From: the human T2T-CHM13v2.0 reference genome, Homo sapiens
Strand: one strand, 5' to 3'
DNA length: 64,000 nucleotides
Assembly (NCBI RefSeq): GCF_009914755.1
Contig: NC_060940.1
Shown here: positions 1 through 13,312 of the stretch, in pieces
Layout: each line of letters starts with the position of its first letter
Position numbering within the stretch: position 1 is the first letter of the stretch
Program-made: the position numbers and the translations under genes
Notes under the pieces: model-generated
What the model was told of the DNA's origin: nothing
Databases searched by the model: none
The model's input: the letters and a program-made list of their open reading frames with translations, nothing else

Positions 1-190
1 GATATTGAGTAGAGAATGATATTCTCTGGTCGACAATGTAAAGGACTAATTCTGGCCACTGTGTGGGGAAAAAGCACAGGGAGGCAAAAGTGGAAACAGA
101 GACATCAGTTAGGAGGGTATTACAGCACCAAGAGAGAAATGATGGGTGGCTTGAACTAGGGTAGTAACAGTGGAGGTGATGGGAAGAGAA
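1..190 (-). mobile_element. L2 LINE fragment
   Basis: Purine-rich 'ggaggcaaaagtggaaacagagacatcagttagg...gatgggtggcttgaactagggtagtaacagtggaggtg' resembles antisense L2 3' region. Confidence 0.6.
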
Positions 191-199
191 ACTGTACCC

Positions 200-979
200 A
201 TAAGCTCTACCTAAGGGATCTACTAGAGGACAAACTTTAGACTAAAATTACTAGAGAGGCATTAAACATTAAATAGTTACTTGTAGAACTAACTGCGGAT
301 TAAAAAAAGAGTTCATAGTATATAACAGCTATGTGATCTGAAAATCTAAAGATGGTATAATCATTAAAAAATAGGGGAGGGGCAGAGAAAAATAAGGATA
401 ACATATGCCACAAATATTTAACTGTTTTTAGTAATCAAAAATGGTTTTTGATGGTAGAATAAGGATAATTTCAAACTTGTATATGTAATATGGTATAAAG
501 TAAATGAGTAATTATGGGATATTCTAATTCTATCGTCCCATATGTCCTTGAGAACCAGAACTCTTGGTGTGGAAGAAAAGAGATGTAGGTGCAACACAGA
601 ACATTTAAATTAATCCTGTAGTCCTGAATTTGAATTGGAGATATCAATATGAACTTATGATGTATTTATCTTGCTACATAGGAAATATAGGATACATATA
701 TATAATAAATATAAGTATATGTAATTAAATATTTATAAACATAAATATAGGAAATAAATGCTATATTTTAAAATATCCATATATATAATATATATATTTT
801 CATAGTTCAATCCATTTTAAAAGCCTTGAAATAATGACTAATCCAGTAGCATTAAGAATCTTTAGTGCCCAGACTGTGGTATTGAAATACTATTTTCTAT
901 TAACAGAAATCAAGCCTTCTTAGAGAAATGGTTGATTCCAGGTCTATTGCAGGGAAACATACAGCCTAAGTTGGAATAT
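200..979 (+). mobile_element. Old L1 (L1MC3/4-like) 3' region, part 1
   Basis: 'atccagtagc...tagtgcccagact...gagaaatggttgattccagg' typical of L1MC 3'UTR; interrupted by THE1 and L1MA. Confidence 0.55.
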
Positions 980-1333
980 TGTACTAGTCTGTTTTCATGC
1001 TGCTGATAAAGACATATCTGAGACTGGGAAAATTACAAAAGAAAGAGATTTAATGGACTTACAGTTCTGTGTGGCTGGGGAGGCCTCACAATCATGGTGG
1101 AAGGCAAGGAGGAGCAAGTCACATCTTACATGTGTGGCAGCAGGCAAAGAGAGAGCTTGTGCAGGGAAACTCCCCCTTTTAAAACTATCATATCTTGTGA
1201 GACTTATTCACTATCATGAGAACAACACAGGAAAGACCTGCCCCTATAATTCAATTACTTCCCACAGGGTCCCTCCCACAATACGTGGGAATTCAAGATG
1301 AGATTTAGGTGGGGACACAGGCAAACCATATCA
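980..1333 (-). mobile_element. THE1B/C solo LTR (MaLR)
   Basis: TGTA...TCA termini, canonical THE1 body, near-match 5-bp TSD AATAT (975-979)/AACAT (1334-1338). Confidence 0.92.
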
Positions 1334-1340
1334 AACATCC

Positions 1341-1872
1341 TTTTTTTTTTTTTTTTTTTTTTTTTGCTTTTCATTCTTTTTCCCATTTAAAATATTATTT
1401 TTAATCGACAAATAATTTCACATATGCATGAGGTACACAGTAATGTTTTGATGCATATAATGTATAGTGATCAGATCAGGGTAATTCGTGTATCTATTGC
1501 TTCAAAAATTTATCATTTCTTTGTGTTGGGAATGTTCAATATCTTTCTTCTAGCTATCTAAATCACATACTATTGTTAATTATAGTCTTCCTACAGTAGT
1601 ATAGAACACTAGAACTTATTCCTCTTATTTAGTTGTAATTTTGTATCTTTTAATACATCTCTCCCTTCTTCCTACACTTTCTAGCCTCTAGTATCATCTG
1701 TTCTACTTTTCACCTTTATAAGAGCAACTTTTTTTAGCTTCAACATATGAGTGAGAACATGTGGTGTTTAACTTTCTGTTCCTGGCTTATTTCACTTAAC
1801 ATAATACCCTCCAGTTCCATCTAGGTTGCTACAAATGATGAGATTTCAATTTTTTATGGCAAAATAGTATAT

Positions 1873-1909
<37 letters not shown>

Positions 1910-2762
1910 TAGCATATATACCACATTTTCTTTAACCATTTATTTCTTGTTGGATACCTAGGTTTACTTCACATCTTGGCTATTGTGAATAATGCTGCAA
2001 TAAACAGCTTTATACATCGGAGGACAATATATACCTTCAGTACAATGACTTTCTTTCCTCTAAATAAATGCCCAGTAGTGGGATTCCATGGGATCACATG
2101 GTAGTTCTATTTGTAGTTTCTTAAGGAACTTTTATACTGTTCTCCATAGTGGCTGTAGCAGTTTACATTCCCACCAACAGTGTGTAAGGGCTCCCTTTTC
2201 CCTGCATCCTTGCCAGCATTTGTTATTTTTTGACTTTTGATAATAACAATCCTAACTGGGGTGAGATGATACCTCACTGTAGTTTTGATTTGCAATTCTC
2301 TGATGATTAGTGATGTTGAGCATTTTTTCATATATTTTTTGGCTATTTTTATGTCTCTTGAGAAATGTCTGTTTAGATCATTTGCCCATTTTTTGATTGA
2401 ATTGCTTGTTTTTTTGCTGTTGAGATGTTTGGGTTTCTTATGTATTCTGGATATTAATCTCCTGTCAGATGAGTAGTTTGCAAATATTTCCTCCTAGTCT
2501 GTAGTTGTCTTTTCACTCTGTTGTTTCCTTTGCTATGCAGAGCTTTTTAATTTGACATAATCTCATTCCTTGTTTCTGCTTTCGATACCCGTGCTTTTGA
2601 AATTTTATTCATAAAATCTTTTCCCAGACCAGTGTCCTTAAACATTTTTCCTATTTTTTTTCTAATAGTTTATTGTTTGGGGTCTTACATATAGGTATTT
2701 TTTCTATTTTGAGTTGACTTTTGTATAGTGTGAGAGGTGGGGTTCTGGTTTCATTCTTCTGC
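1341..2762 (-). mobile_element. L1MA-type LINE, 3' ~1.4 kb
   Basis: Poly-T 1341-1365, L1MA 3'UTR, ORF2 C-terminal remnant (ORF 2107-2331 [18 protein letters not shown]); internal (TA)n ~1879-1906. Confidence 0.85.
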
Positions 2763-2763
2763 A

Positions 2764-3830
2764 GCTGATTCTAAATTTGAGGCAGGAAACACACAAGATG
2801 AGTCTGAATTTCTTAACATACAAGACAGCATGGAAGCTTATCAGAGACTACTAGGGTCATTTCAAAACACTAAGGAACAAACATGAAGAGATTTTGTCTC
2901 GCAGGCAAAGATGAGATATTTTGAGCTTCAAGAATTGCAATGATTTGAAATCTATCAACTGTTTAAATCCATAAACTAATAATTACATATATGTTAAAAA
3001 CAACCAACTGGTCAATAGGGAACTAATTATAACTATCTTGACAAGAGAGTAAAAATATAGAAAGTATCAAGCATTTATTTTGCTCTTTTTATATAAATTG
3101 TTCTACTAGATAGCCAAATAATAGACAAGGAGAAGCACCTCTTTATAGAATTGTTCAGTTAAAATACGAAACTGAAATAGATCGATAATATCACCATTTT
3201 GCGATACCCACTGTATTAACAGATCTAGGAATTGAGCATTAATAATTGTTATAACATTTGAAAAGAAAAAAAAAACAGTTATTATGTGCCTACTGATGAA
3301 AGAACACAATTCACCTATGGTCTTGTCAAAGGGTTTGAACCTTCAGAGGTCAAGTCTCTGGATTTAGCTGCCAAGTTGCAGAAATACAGAGGACAGAGGA
3401 ACATGTTGAACTGCATCACGAGTCTGCAATTGTCAATATTTAAACTATGAGAATCCTACAAGTCAGGCAGCCTGGGTTCTTTAACAGATAAATTATAAGA
3501 AAAGAAAAGGAATGGAGAGGAAAACTGTAAAGACTTCAATGACACAACAAGTTTAAAAAGTGGAGAAGACTAAACTGTAGAATCTAAAGATGTAGTTGGG
3601 TGATAAAACATAAAGAAATGTAAATGTCTACTATGAGTCAGGAGGGAGGAAGGGGGCTATAATTGTGGTGGGAAACATGGAGGGACATCTAGGTGGCTAG
3701 TAGAGTACTACTTCTTGATTGAGGTGGTGGTTATAAGGTTGTTTGCCTTAAATAATTCACTAAGCTATACATTTGTTCCATGTAGTTTTCTGTATGCGTT
3801 TTACTAATATTTTATAATAAAAAGGTACAC
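2764..3830 (+). mobile_element. Old L1 (L1MC3/4-like) 3' region, part 2
   Basis: Continuation of L1MC 3'UTR ending 'ttttataataaaaagg'. Confidence 0.55.
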
Positions 3831-3916
3831 AAAGCTAATAGCTATAGTATATACATATACATGCCCATATATATAATTAGATAGATAAAAATAGCTAGGT
3901 AAGTAGGTAAAATAGG

Positions 3917-3964
<48 letters not shown>

Positions 3965-3987
3965 CAGACAGGCAGGCAGGCAGGCAG
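3917..3987 (+). repeat. Compound tetranucleotide STR (TAGA)12(CAGA)1(CAGG)4
   Basis: Directly visible. Confidence 0.97.
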
Positions 3988-4539
3988 TGGATAGGCTCAC
4001 ATTGGCAAAAAATGAGTAAACAATAGCCGCATGGCCTCAGAGATAAGTGGAGAATCTTTTGAACAATTACAGATAGCAGGAGTTGAATGATTTATGAAAA
4101 AACAGCATCTGAGCTTGGGGAGATTTCTCTCTTTTCCCTAAGTAAACCAAGCATTTGTTAGTAGGTGCTTTTGCTTTCTGGTCAAAGCCTGAGATCTGCT
4201 CTCTAAAGAAAGTGGTTGATCTGCTTAGGGATGGCTTCTTGGAAGCTGCTGGGGTCTAAAAGAGAAGAAGAGCAAGACTGACCTTCCTCCATGGAAGACC
4301 TTGAGGGAAGAAACAAAAAGAAAGGACAATCCTACCCAAGAATGGTACATGCAGAAGTGTTTTACCTTCAGAAAGGCTCCTTAACTTTTATAATCACTGA
4401 AGTTTCCAGCCAGCCTGCCTGCTCCATGCCTGTCTGTCAAAATCTACTCAGTCACTTGTCTGGAACTGGAAGTCAGTCCTTCTTTTCACTGATGAGGCCT
4501 ACCAAGGAAACAAATATATTAACCACAGAGGAAACCATG

Positions 4540-5359
4540 ATCCTGATTCATATGATGCATAGACATTAAAGGAACAGTAGCTATTTGAAGTTAATCAACA
4601 AAGTGAAGGACAAATCCCCAAATGTATAAACAGAAGACCTTACCATGGGAGAAACGGAGCTATTTGAGAAAACAAGAATGAAATTTATATAAATTTTAAA
4701 TCATACCTTCATATAAATCTGAGAAGCTACTGTACTTATTAAATAAGACAAGAAACTATAAGAAAGGAACAGTAAAAGAACAAAAAGGAATTCCAGAAAA
4801 CTAAAAATACAATTTCAAAAATAAAGAACTCAGTGGTTGAGTTGACTCATGAAATAGACATAGCTGAATACTGCATTGGTGAACTGGAAGATAAAGTCAA
4901 GGAAATCTCCCAGAATGTAGAACAGAAAGAACATTTAAAATAAAAGTCAAAATACATGGAGGATAGAATCAGGAAATCTATCATGTGTTTAACAGAAGTC
5001 TCAAAAGGAGGAAATAAATATAATGGAGAAAAGTAGACAATCACAAATATAATGGGCTATAATAATACACTTTCCCTGAATGATTAAAAAGACATGTACC
5101 TTTGGATTGGATGGGACTACTGAATACCAAAGAGAACAAGTGAAAAATGGCTCACACCTAGATATAACCTTATGAAATTTCAGAACTTCCAGAGTTAATA
5201 GAAAATCCTAATGGCTTTCAGTGAAGGAGGAAAGGTTATTTATAATAGAGAAGAAAGCAGACTGATGCCAAATTTTTCACTGGCAATACAGGATGTTAGT
5301 AGACCTTGAGGCAATGCCTTCAAAGTTCTTAGGAAGAAAAGAAAAATCTGTACAATATT
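4540..5359 (+). mobile_element. Ancient L1/HAL1 ORF1-like region (resumes ~5997-6190)
   Basis: A-rich decayed ORF1-like sequence 'gaactggaagataaagtcaaggaaatctcccagaatgtagaacagaaaga'. Confidence 0.55.
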
Positions 5360-5996
5360 TGAAACCAAGGGGTGAATTTGAATAGGTCTGTCTGCCCTGT
5401 TTGCTTTCGGTTGTTTGCTTTTTGTTATCTTTTTTTCTTGTTTCCATGAACTTGAGTGTGGTAGTGGCTGAAGACCTCACCGCTGAACCCTGAAACTTAG
5501 CCTTCACTGGCTACTTTATAGATAACATTCACAGGTCACCATGGTAATGGTTGCTTCAGTTGTTTTTAAGGAATTTGGCCCCGCTCCTGTCTAGTTCAAA
5601 CCAGCTGAGACCATGAATTCTTTCACTAGGCCTGTGCAAGTGCCTGAGAAGTGGCCTTCTGACATCAGGTATTTCACCCTCAGATCATGCTAATGCTGCC
5701 ATTTTCCGTACATATGTCCTATAAAATGCTATGAACCCAGCTGCACTTGCAAAGAATTAACCTGTTACTTCATTTTCCCCATCACCAATCACCTTTCGCC
5801 ATGCCTTACACCACCTCACCTCCCTAACCCATAAATATCTCTAAGCCTTATCTCCAGAGAGGCAGATTTGAGAGCTGTTCTCCTGCCTCCTCACTTGGTG
5901 GCCTTATGAATAAATCTCTTCTCTTTTGCAAAACCCATGTCACAGTGATTGATTTACTGCACTTGGGCAAAATGGACCTGGACCTAGCCAGTAACA
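5360..5996 (+). mobile_element. Solo LTR, ERV1 class (family not assigned)
   Basis: TG...CA ends, perfect 4-bp TSD TATT (5356-5359/5997-6000), TATA-like 'cataaata' and AATAAA at ~5909. Confidence 0.8.
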
Positions 5997-6365
5997 TATT
6001 TAGTTAAACTATCAATTAAATATGAGTGAAGAATTAACCAAATTTTGCATGTGTAAGTGATCAGAAAGTTTATCATCCACATATTCATATAAAAAAGTAC
6101 TTAAGTAGATTATTTTGAATAAATGACAAATAACCCAAAGAAGATTATATAGAATATAAAAATAGTGGTGGCCAAGTAAAAGAAGTAAAGGAAGCTAGAA
6201 ATATATTTAATGAGAACTGAGTGGAGATCCTGGGGCTTGGGGGGTACTTTCCTTCAAATGGAAACCTTTTAATGATCTAGGATTACATTTGTTTCTGTAT
6301 GGGTTCAATCGTTCTGATATGGTTCTATTGTGACTATACAATCGTAATGTAAAAGCTGCATTTTA

Positions 6366-7372
6366 AGAATATTGAAACTGGACTCCTTCCTTACACCACA
6401 TACAAAAATTAACTCAAGATGGATTAAAGACTTAAATATAAAACCCAAAACGATAAAAACCCTGGAAGACAACCTAGGCAATACCATTCAGGACATAGGC
6501 ATGGGCAAAGATTTCACGATGAAGATGCCAAAAGCAATTGCCACAAAAGCAAAAATTGACAAATGGAAAATGATTAAACTAAAGAGCCTCTGTACTGCAA
6601 AGGAAACTACCAACAGAGTAAACAGACAACCTACAGAATGGGAGAAAATTTTTGTGAACTATGCAGCTGACAAAGGTATAATATCCAGTGTCTATCAGGA
6701 ACTGAAACAAATGTACAAGAAAAACAACAAATAACCCCATTAAAAAGTGGGCAAAGGACATGAACAGACATTTTTCAAAAGATGACATACATGCGGCCAA
6801 CAATCAGATGAAAAAAAACCTCAGCATCACTGATCACTAGAGAAATGCAAATCACAACCACAATGAGATACCATTTCACACCAGTCAGAATGCCTATTAT
6901 TAAAAAGTCAAAAAATAACAGATGTTGGCAAGATTGTGGAGAAAAAGGAATGCTTTTACACAGTTGCTGGGAGTGTAAATTAGTTCAACCATAGTGGAAG
7001 ACAGTGTGGCAGTTCCTCAAAGACCTAAAGACATAAATACCATTTGCTCCAGTAATTCCATTACTGGTATATACCCAAAGGGTTATAAATCATTCTATTA
7101 GAAAGACACATGCATGAGTATGTTCACTGCAGCATTATTCACAATAGCAAAGACATGGAACCAACCTAAATTCCCATCAGTGATAGATCGGATAAAGAAA
7201 ATGTAGTACATATACACCATGGAATACTATGCAGCCACAAAGAAGAATGAGATCATGTCATTTGCAGGAACATGGATGAAGCTGGAGGCCATTATCCTTA
7301 GCAAACTAGTGCAGGAACAGAAAACCAAATACCACAGCCTGCACATGTACCCCTCAACTTAAACGTTTTTTA
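6366..7372 (+). mobile_element. 5'-truncated L1PA/L1PB (ORF2 C-term plus deleted 3'UTR)
   Basis: ORF 6372-6734 is L1 ORF2 C-terminal sequence; 15-bp TSD AAAAGCTGCATTTTA at 6351-6365 and 7373-7387. Confidence 0.92.
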
Positions 7373-7912
7373 AAAAGCTGCATTTTATCTTGAGTGTTTA
7401 GAATCATCCTATGGACAGTGCATGTAAGATTTATATAGAAAATATTATAAATGTTGTAAATATTGAAAAAATAAAAATAATGTAACTACCAAAAATTTGG
7501 TGGCAGATGGAGAGAAGTGAAAGGTGGGGCACTATTTCTATAATATTTAAAAAATGTTTTCAAAGGATAAGAAATCAAGTAATAGGTTTTTTAAAAATAT
7601 GTCATTTAAAATCATGAAGGCAACCACTACATGAATTTAAAATACATAGCTAATGAATATTGAGGGTAGGGAAGGAGATGTGCATAAGAAGACAGAAATT
7701 AATGTTAAGTGTACAAAGAACCTCAGCCTTTATTATTATGGAATCTATTTGGTACCAGCTAGAGTTGAAACATCAAGACAGAAGTATAAGAATATTGCTG
7801 ATAGTTAAAAGGGCTGATTGGTCATGTCAAGCTGGAAACAGACTTGGAAAATGAGTGGTGTTTCCTACAAGACTTATGAGGAAAAGAATTCCCCAGTTAT
7901 CAGAAGGGATTA

Positions 7913-8085
<173 letters not shown>

Positions 8086-8164
8086 GTGCGTAGGTGCTGG
8101 TTAAAAAACAAAAACATAAAATAAAATAAGCATAGAGCAATTATTTTTACCCCTCATGTCAACT

Positions 8165-8350
8165 ATTTAATATTATTTTATTTAATCTTCACAATAATTT
8201 CATAAGGTACATACTGCTATCCTCATTTCACAGGTAAGAAAACCAAAGCTCCAAGAAATTAAGAAATCTTGTCATGGCTATTTAGCAAGTTAGGCAGTGG
8301 AGTCTATAATAAAAACGAAGGCTGTATGACTTCGAGGTTCATGCTTCTCC
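8165..8350 (-). mobile_element. MIR
   Basis: 'tttaatcttcacaataat...cctcatttcacaggtaagaaaaccaaagctc' MIR core. Confidence 0.75.
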
Positions 8351-8419
8351 CACTTATCCATGTTACATCTCTATCTTAGTCTATATTTCTGTACATGGTA
8401 TTGATTATATACACATTTG

Positions 8420-8552
8420 TACCACGTATATTTTATCTCCACAACTAAACTGTCAGCACCTTGAGGAAGGGTTTCTCGTCTTTAACAGTTCTTGTATCTC
8501 TTATAGCACATAATGCAGTGCCTTTTGTGTAGAATGAGCTTAGTCAATATCT
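8420..8552 (+). mobile_element. L2 3' end
   Basis: 'aactaaactgtcagcaccttgagg...cagtgcc...gcttagtcaatat'. Confidence 0.55.
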
Positions 8553-8719
8553 ATTATATAACTCTGAAATCTATACCAATGAAAAGTCTTATTTTTTTAG
8601 GTAAATTAGGTACAATAAAGGATCAGTATTACAAGCTTCTACAATCCTTGAAACACATCAAAATGTCCTTTATACGTTTACATCTTTGTCTTTTTCCTCA
8701 TTTTCCTAATTAAGCCATT

Positions 8720-9520
8720 AATTTCTCTCAGTATTGCAGGCAAACAGGATAAATAAATCAGTATCCGATTTTTTTTCCTAAATTGCTAGTTTTCCTTTAG
8801 CATTATTTTCTATTCATTTTCCCTGTATTTGTCTTACCCTTTAGGAATATTACTTATTTAAAAGAATATTGAAGGCTAGTTTATGGTGCTTACCATAATG
8901 TGTAACAATATTTCTAAGGAAAACTGGCTTAAAATGGCTAAACAGGAAATTTGGGATATCATGTCTTTGTAAACAACGAACTTCCTGTACACAATCTGTA
9001 TTCTGTAGTGCTTAGCTCAATGCAAATGTGAATGCTGGTTAAATCAAATGTAATGTACAGAGTAAATCTCTGCGGACACATTGATTCCTAGTAAAGGTGC
9101 ATGTGAAACATGTCTATTATAAAATCATTCACGTTAGGTAGGATGCAAATGTAGTAGTGTTTTATTCTTCCTCTCATTCACATAGTCATCGACACAGCCC
9201 ACCCTGGTCGTTGGAGCACACACACACAGTAATCACACTATTCTGCTAGTGTAGATGGGTTTCAGTCTGTGTTTTGTTTCACTATGGCACCATCTTGTTT
9301 CAATAAAGGCTGGCTCTCAGGCTTCTTGCGGTTTTTATTCCAAGCTGAGGATGAACGCTTACAAGCTGCCTGTCTCTTTGCTTTTAGCTGCAAGTGTTCA
9401 CAGCCCCTCCCCCAACCACCCTTTTCACTGTTTCTGCTACTACTTTTATTCAATTCAACACTTCAGGGAACTGCAGATGAAATGCCTCTGAATCTAAATT
9501 GCCAGCAATGGAAATAACAA
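8720..9520. promoter_or_regulatory. Candidate enhancer (unique, motif-dense)
   Basis: TAAACAGGAAAT 8939-8950, TGTAAACAA 8968-8976, ACTTCCTG 8980-8987, ATGCAAAT at 9020 and 9143. Confidence 0.35.
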
Positions 9521-10134
9521 CCTATTTTCTGACCTCCCTTTCCTCCACCCACACTTTTCGACTCTGAGTCTAGGAGCACAAAGCTGCTCTATCTCTGTCT
9601 CTTGGGTTTAGTAGTATAGTGGCTTTTCCGGGCTAGGGGAAAAAAGTACAATGTCAAACAGAAATCCACTAGGAAAAATATTTGGCAAGAGAAAGAAAGA
9701 AGTGGGATGCTTATAAGATATATATAAATATGCTTATGTGCTTATAAGGTATAGGCAAATGGTAGGAAATACATGATGTAGAGTAATAAATCAGAATTTA
9801 CACACCACATGGTGAAGCCACCTCAGGAGATTATACAATAACACCACAAGCACTAATCACTGCTAAAGCATTTTTGAAATTTCTTATGAAATTGCTCTCA
9901 GCATCAGTACACAAGGTATATGAGAAAACAAGCCTCTTAACACCTCATTTTAAAAAATCCTAGACAGTATTACTCAGTTTAATCACTCACCATGTTACAA
10001 GACTTCTCCGTGAATGGATTTTATCAATTTAAAAAGTATCAAATCTTTCCTCAAAGGAAAAAAAATCAATGAGATATTAAAATGAGATGCAGGCTAATGA
10101 GATTTTAAAATGTGACACAGGCACTAATGAAAAA

Positions 10135-10300
10135 CCTACTGTGTGCCAGTGGGCAAAAGCCTTGTTAAGTAATACTATTCCCATTGCAGAGTGAAGAAAA
10201 CTATCTCATGAGAAAGATTAAGTAACTTGTCCAAGGCCACGCAGCCAATAAAAGGATGAGGAGATTTGAACCCAGGACTGACTTTAAAGCCTGCACTCTG
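10135..10300 (-). mobile_element. MIR
   Basis: 'attaagtaacttgtccaaggccacgcagc...gatttgaacccaggactgactttaaagcc'. Confidence 0.75.
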
Positions 10301-10959
10301 CTTCTAAGGAATGATTTGTGACAATCTAGCATAGTGAACCCAGAGAGACAGCAGGGAGCACAAGAAACAGGCTGGGCACAAGAATGGATAAAATGTAAAT
10401 ATAATTAACCCTTGGCCACTTAGTGCTCTTGTGTATGTTTTAAAAGTAAAACTTGAAACAAGCTGTAGAAGAGGGACATCTACTGACATTCCCCCACGAC
10501 CTTTAACTATCTGTTGAACATACTTTTTGGATATACACAGAAAATTATGTTATCATGCTTAATAGTTGTAGTGTTGTGTTTGAAGTAAGATGGAAATGCT
10601 AAAAAAAACTTTAGATTTTCTAAGAAAATTCTGTAGACTTTTGTCATTACTATGATCTCACATTCTTGTTTTGAGAGTCCATAAAAGCCATTCTTTTTCT
10701 GAAATGGGCTTTTTTGGCAGGTCATCAGTGGACTATGAGATGCTACAATATTGCCTTATCATATGTCTCTCATATAGCTCATGGTTATTTATACATCATT
10801 TACTATATTGCACGGGCTTCTCTGTAAGAAAATTTGGAAAAGAAAATTATCTTGAAGTAGCAAGAACAATTACATTTCTGGAAAATTTGCTCTCTGCTGC
10901 CCCTGCCCTTATCTTTTGAAGATTGTAACTCATGTAATAGATAATGTTTTTCTTTTCAT

Positions 10960-11395
10960 GTTGACTGCAAGTATGTGCCTTTTACTCGATATTATGTTTG
11001 TGAGATTTATTCATGTTGTTGCATATAGTTGCAGTTCATTTTTTCTCATTACTGTGCAATATTCCATGTTGTACAGTACATATATCACATTTTAAAAATC
11101 CATTCTACAGTTGTTGGACATTTATACTGCTTCCAGTTTTCAACTCTTATGAATAGTGATGCTGTGACCATTCTTATAAATGCCGTTGGTATATATATGT
11201 ACAGTACTCCATTTCTGGTAGGTATACGATTGAAATTACTAGGCTATAGGGTATGCATATATTCAGCATTTGTATATATTTCCAAAAAGTTTTCCAAAGT
11301 GGTCAACTAGTTTACACCCTTTCATCAGTTACTTGACCTTTGTCAACTCTTAGTGTTGTCTTTGTCATTTTAGTGGGCATGTGTTGGTATTTCAA
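10960..11395 (-). mobile_element. L1ME-like 3' fragment
   Basis: 'gagatttattcatgttgttgcatatagttgcagttc...gttggacattt' antisense old L1. Confidence 0.65.
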
Positions 11396-11531
11396 AGTCT
11401 TTACTGATCCAGATTATTAAATCAGTAGCATTCAGAATCAATTCACGTTCTCATTCTACTCTTACATCTGTTTTTCTTAGCATAGATTTCTGTTTCAGAA
11501 TTTGTGTTTTCAGGGTCTTTTGAGGAGGAGA

Positions 11532-11561
11532 TAAAACAAAACAAAACAAAACAAAACAAAA
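11532..11561 (+). repeat. (AAAAC)n
   Basis: Directly visible. Confidence 0.9.
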
Positions 11562-12179
11562 GGTTTATTTATCGTTTCTAACCTCAGCTTCCTTCCTGAT
11601 GGTTTGTAGTTGACTTCAGACAACCCCTCAGGGATCCAAATCCAAAACTAAGACTTAAATTTGTACCTACACTGGGGACATCCCCATATTAATCACTGAG
11701 TCAGTGGAAAATTTAGTTTATTTTCTGGTACTGAGACTGTCTGCTCTCTCCTGAAGCCCCAGACAAGAATTAGCAGCAGATCTTTGTACAGCCACCTTTT
11801 GGGCTGTGAGGAGTCCCACCTTGTTCCCTGGTTTCAGAAATAGAGTTTGGCTCTTATTTCCCATTCCCATCCTCACAAGGAACAACTATTTTAGTCCCCA
11901 GTCCCCATTATCCTTAGGGGCTGGCCTCCCAGTCATCATTCTTTCCATACCTACAACTCTCCAGATTTGTGCATTCAATCCCTCTCACCACTCACTGATT
12001 TGAGTTTTTCTTTCATTTTTTGTCCTCTTGGGTATTTATATCATTTATAAACAAAAATGTAGCTCTTACATTTTCTTTTTATATCGAATTGTTGCTTTTT
12101 TATGTTTGTGTGTGTATGGGAGGGGGTACTCAAAAGATGAACCTTACAGAGAGCCATCTTGACCAGAATTCTCCCCATT

Positions 12180-12660
12180 GAACTTACCTTCAGAGATTTC
12201 CTTCAGACATCTCAAACTGAACATTTCTATGACTAAATTCATTATCTTCTCTCACCAAAAGCAGCTCCTCTCTATTTACTTTATCTTGATGAATGGCACA
12301 AGGGGTCTGGCCTCCAAAATCAGAAACATCCACTTCATTCTCAATTCTTTGCTTTCCCTCTCTCATCATCTTAAATATGTCACCAAAGATAGAGTCCTGT
12401 AGACTCTATCCCAGCAGCAACTCTTGAATCTGGCTGTGCTGCTCTCTCCTCTCTGACCCCACTTTTGTCCAAACATTCATCATCTCTCCAGCCTGAGTGC
12501 CAGCAACACTCTCCGTGCCACCAGTGTCTTCGCACTTGACTTCATCTTTCAGATTTATTTTCTTAACCAAACAAACAAGCAACAATGCAACCCTAAATCT
12601 CTTTAAAGACTTCTACTGTCTACTACCTAGAGAATAAAGTTCAAAATTGTTAGTAGGAGT
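12180..12660 (+). mobile_element. L2 fragment
   Basis: 'agacatctcaaactgaacat...gaatggcac...tttccctctctc' L2 body. Confidence 0.65.
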
Positions 12661-12834
12661 GATGTGGGAAGGGTAGGTTGTGGCCAGAATGTATGATGAT
12701 GGGATGTACTGTGTACCTGAAATGTAATGTTTAGAATGAGTGAGAAATGGGATTTATGTTTATTATGTTCTATATAACATTAGCAATGATCTCTGGTATG
12801 AACTGAAATGTGAATGGATGTGTGGATGGATGTG

Positions 12835-13312
12835 ACTGTCTAAGGATGGTGTGCTCGTTATTCTGTATATTCCCAGGCCACTTTTTGCTCTTCTCTAGCT
12901 CCACATCTGGGAGGCTGACCTCTATTGACTGCATCATCTGGACTTCCTTATGCACTGGAGGCACCAGCAAGAGATGGGAGGGTAGGAGGAAATCTGGGTG
13001 TTTATTCTTCCTACTTCATCCCTGTTTTGCCCTTGTTCTGCTGCTGTGACAGGGGACAGGTTGTCCATGGCTGAAGCTCTCATCTAACAGCCTTTCTTCT
13101 ATGGCTCAGCTTTCAAGAGGCCGTGGTAAACACCATTCCACCCTTTGTCCCTTCAGGCTCAGGCATGGGTGGTGATGGCTTTCACTGTTGCTAGTCTCTG
13201 GGTACCTCACTATTTCTTCTTGCTTCCTTTAACCCTGCCCACACAGCTATATCTAGTCCATTTATTATGTTATTTTTAGATAAGTCCCTGTTTCCTGCTC
13301 TACTCTGATAAA
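12835..13312 (+). mobile_element. LTR33-like ERVL LTR
   Basis: 'ggaggctgacctctattgactgcatc...ggaggcaccagcaagagat...cccttcaggc...aaccctgcccacac'. Confidence 0.65.

Noticed and set aside
10068-10130. Small imperfect duplications (also ~27195-27237 and ~46044-46074)
   Set aside because: Ordinary slippage-scale repeats with no further structure.
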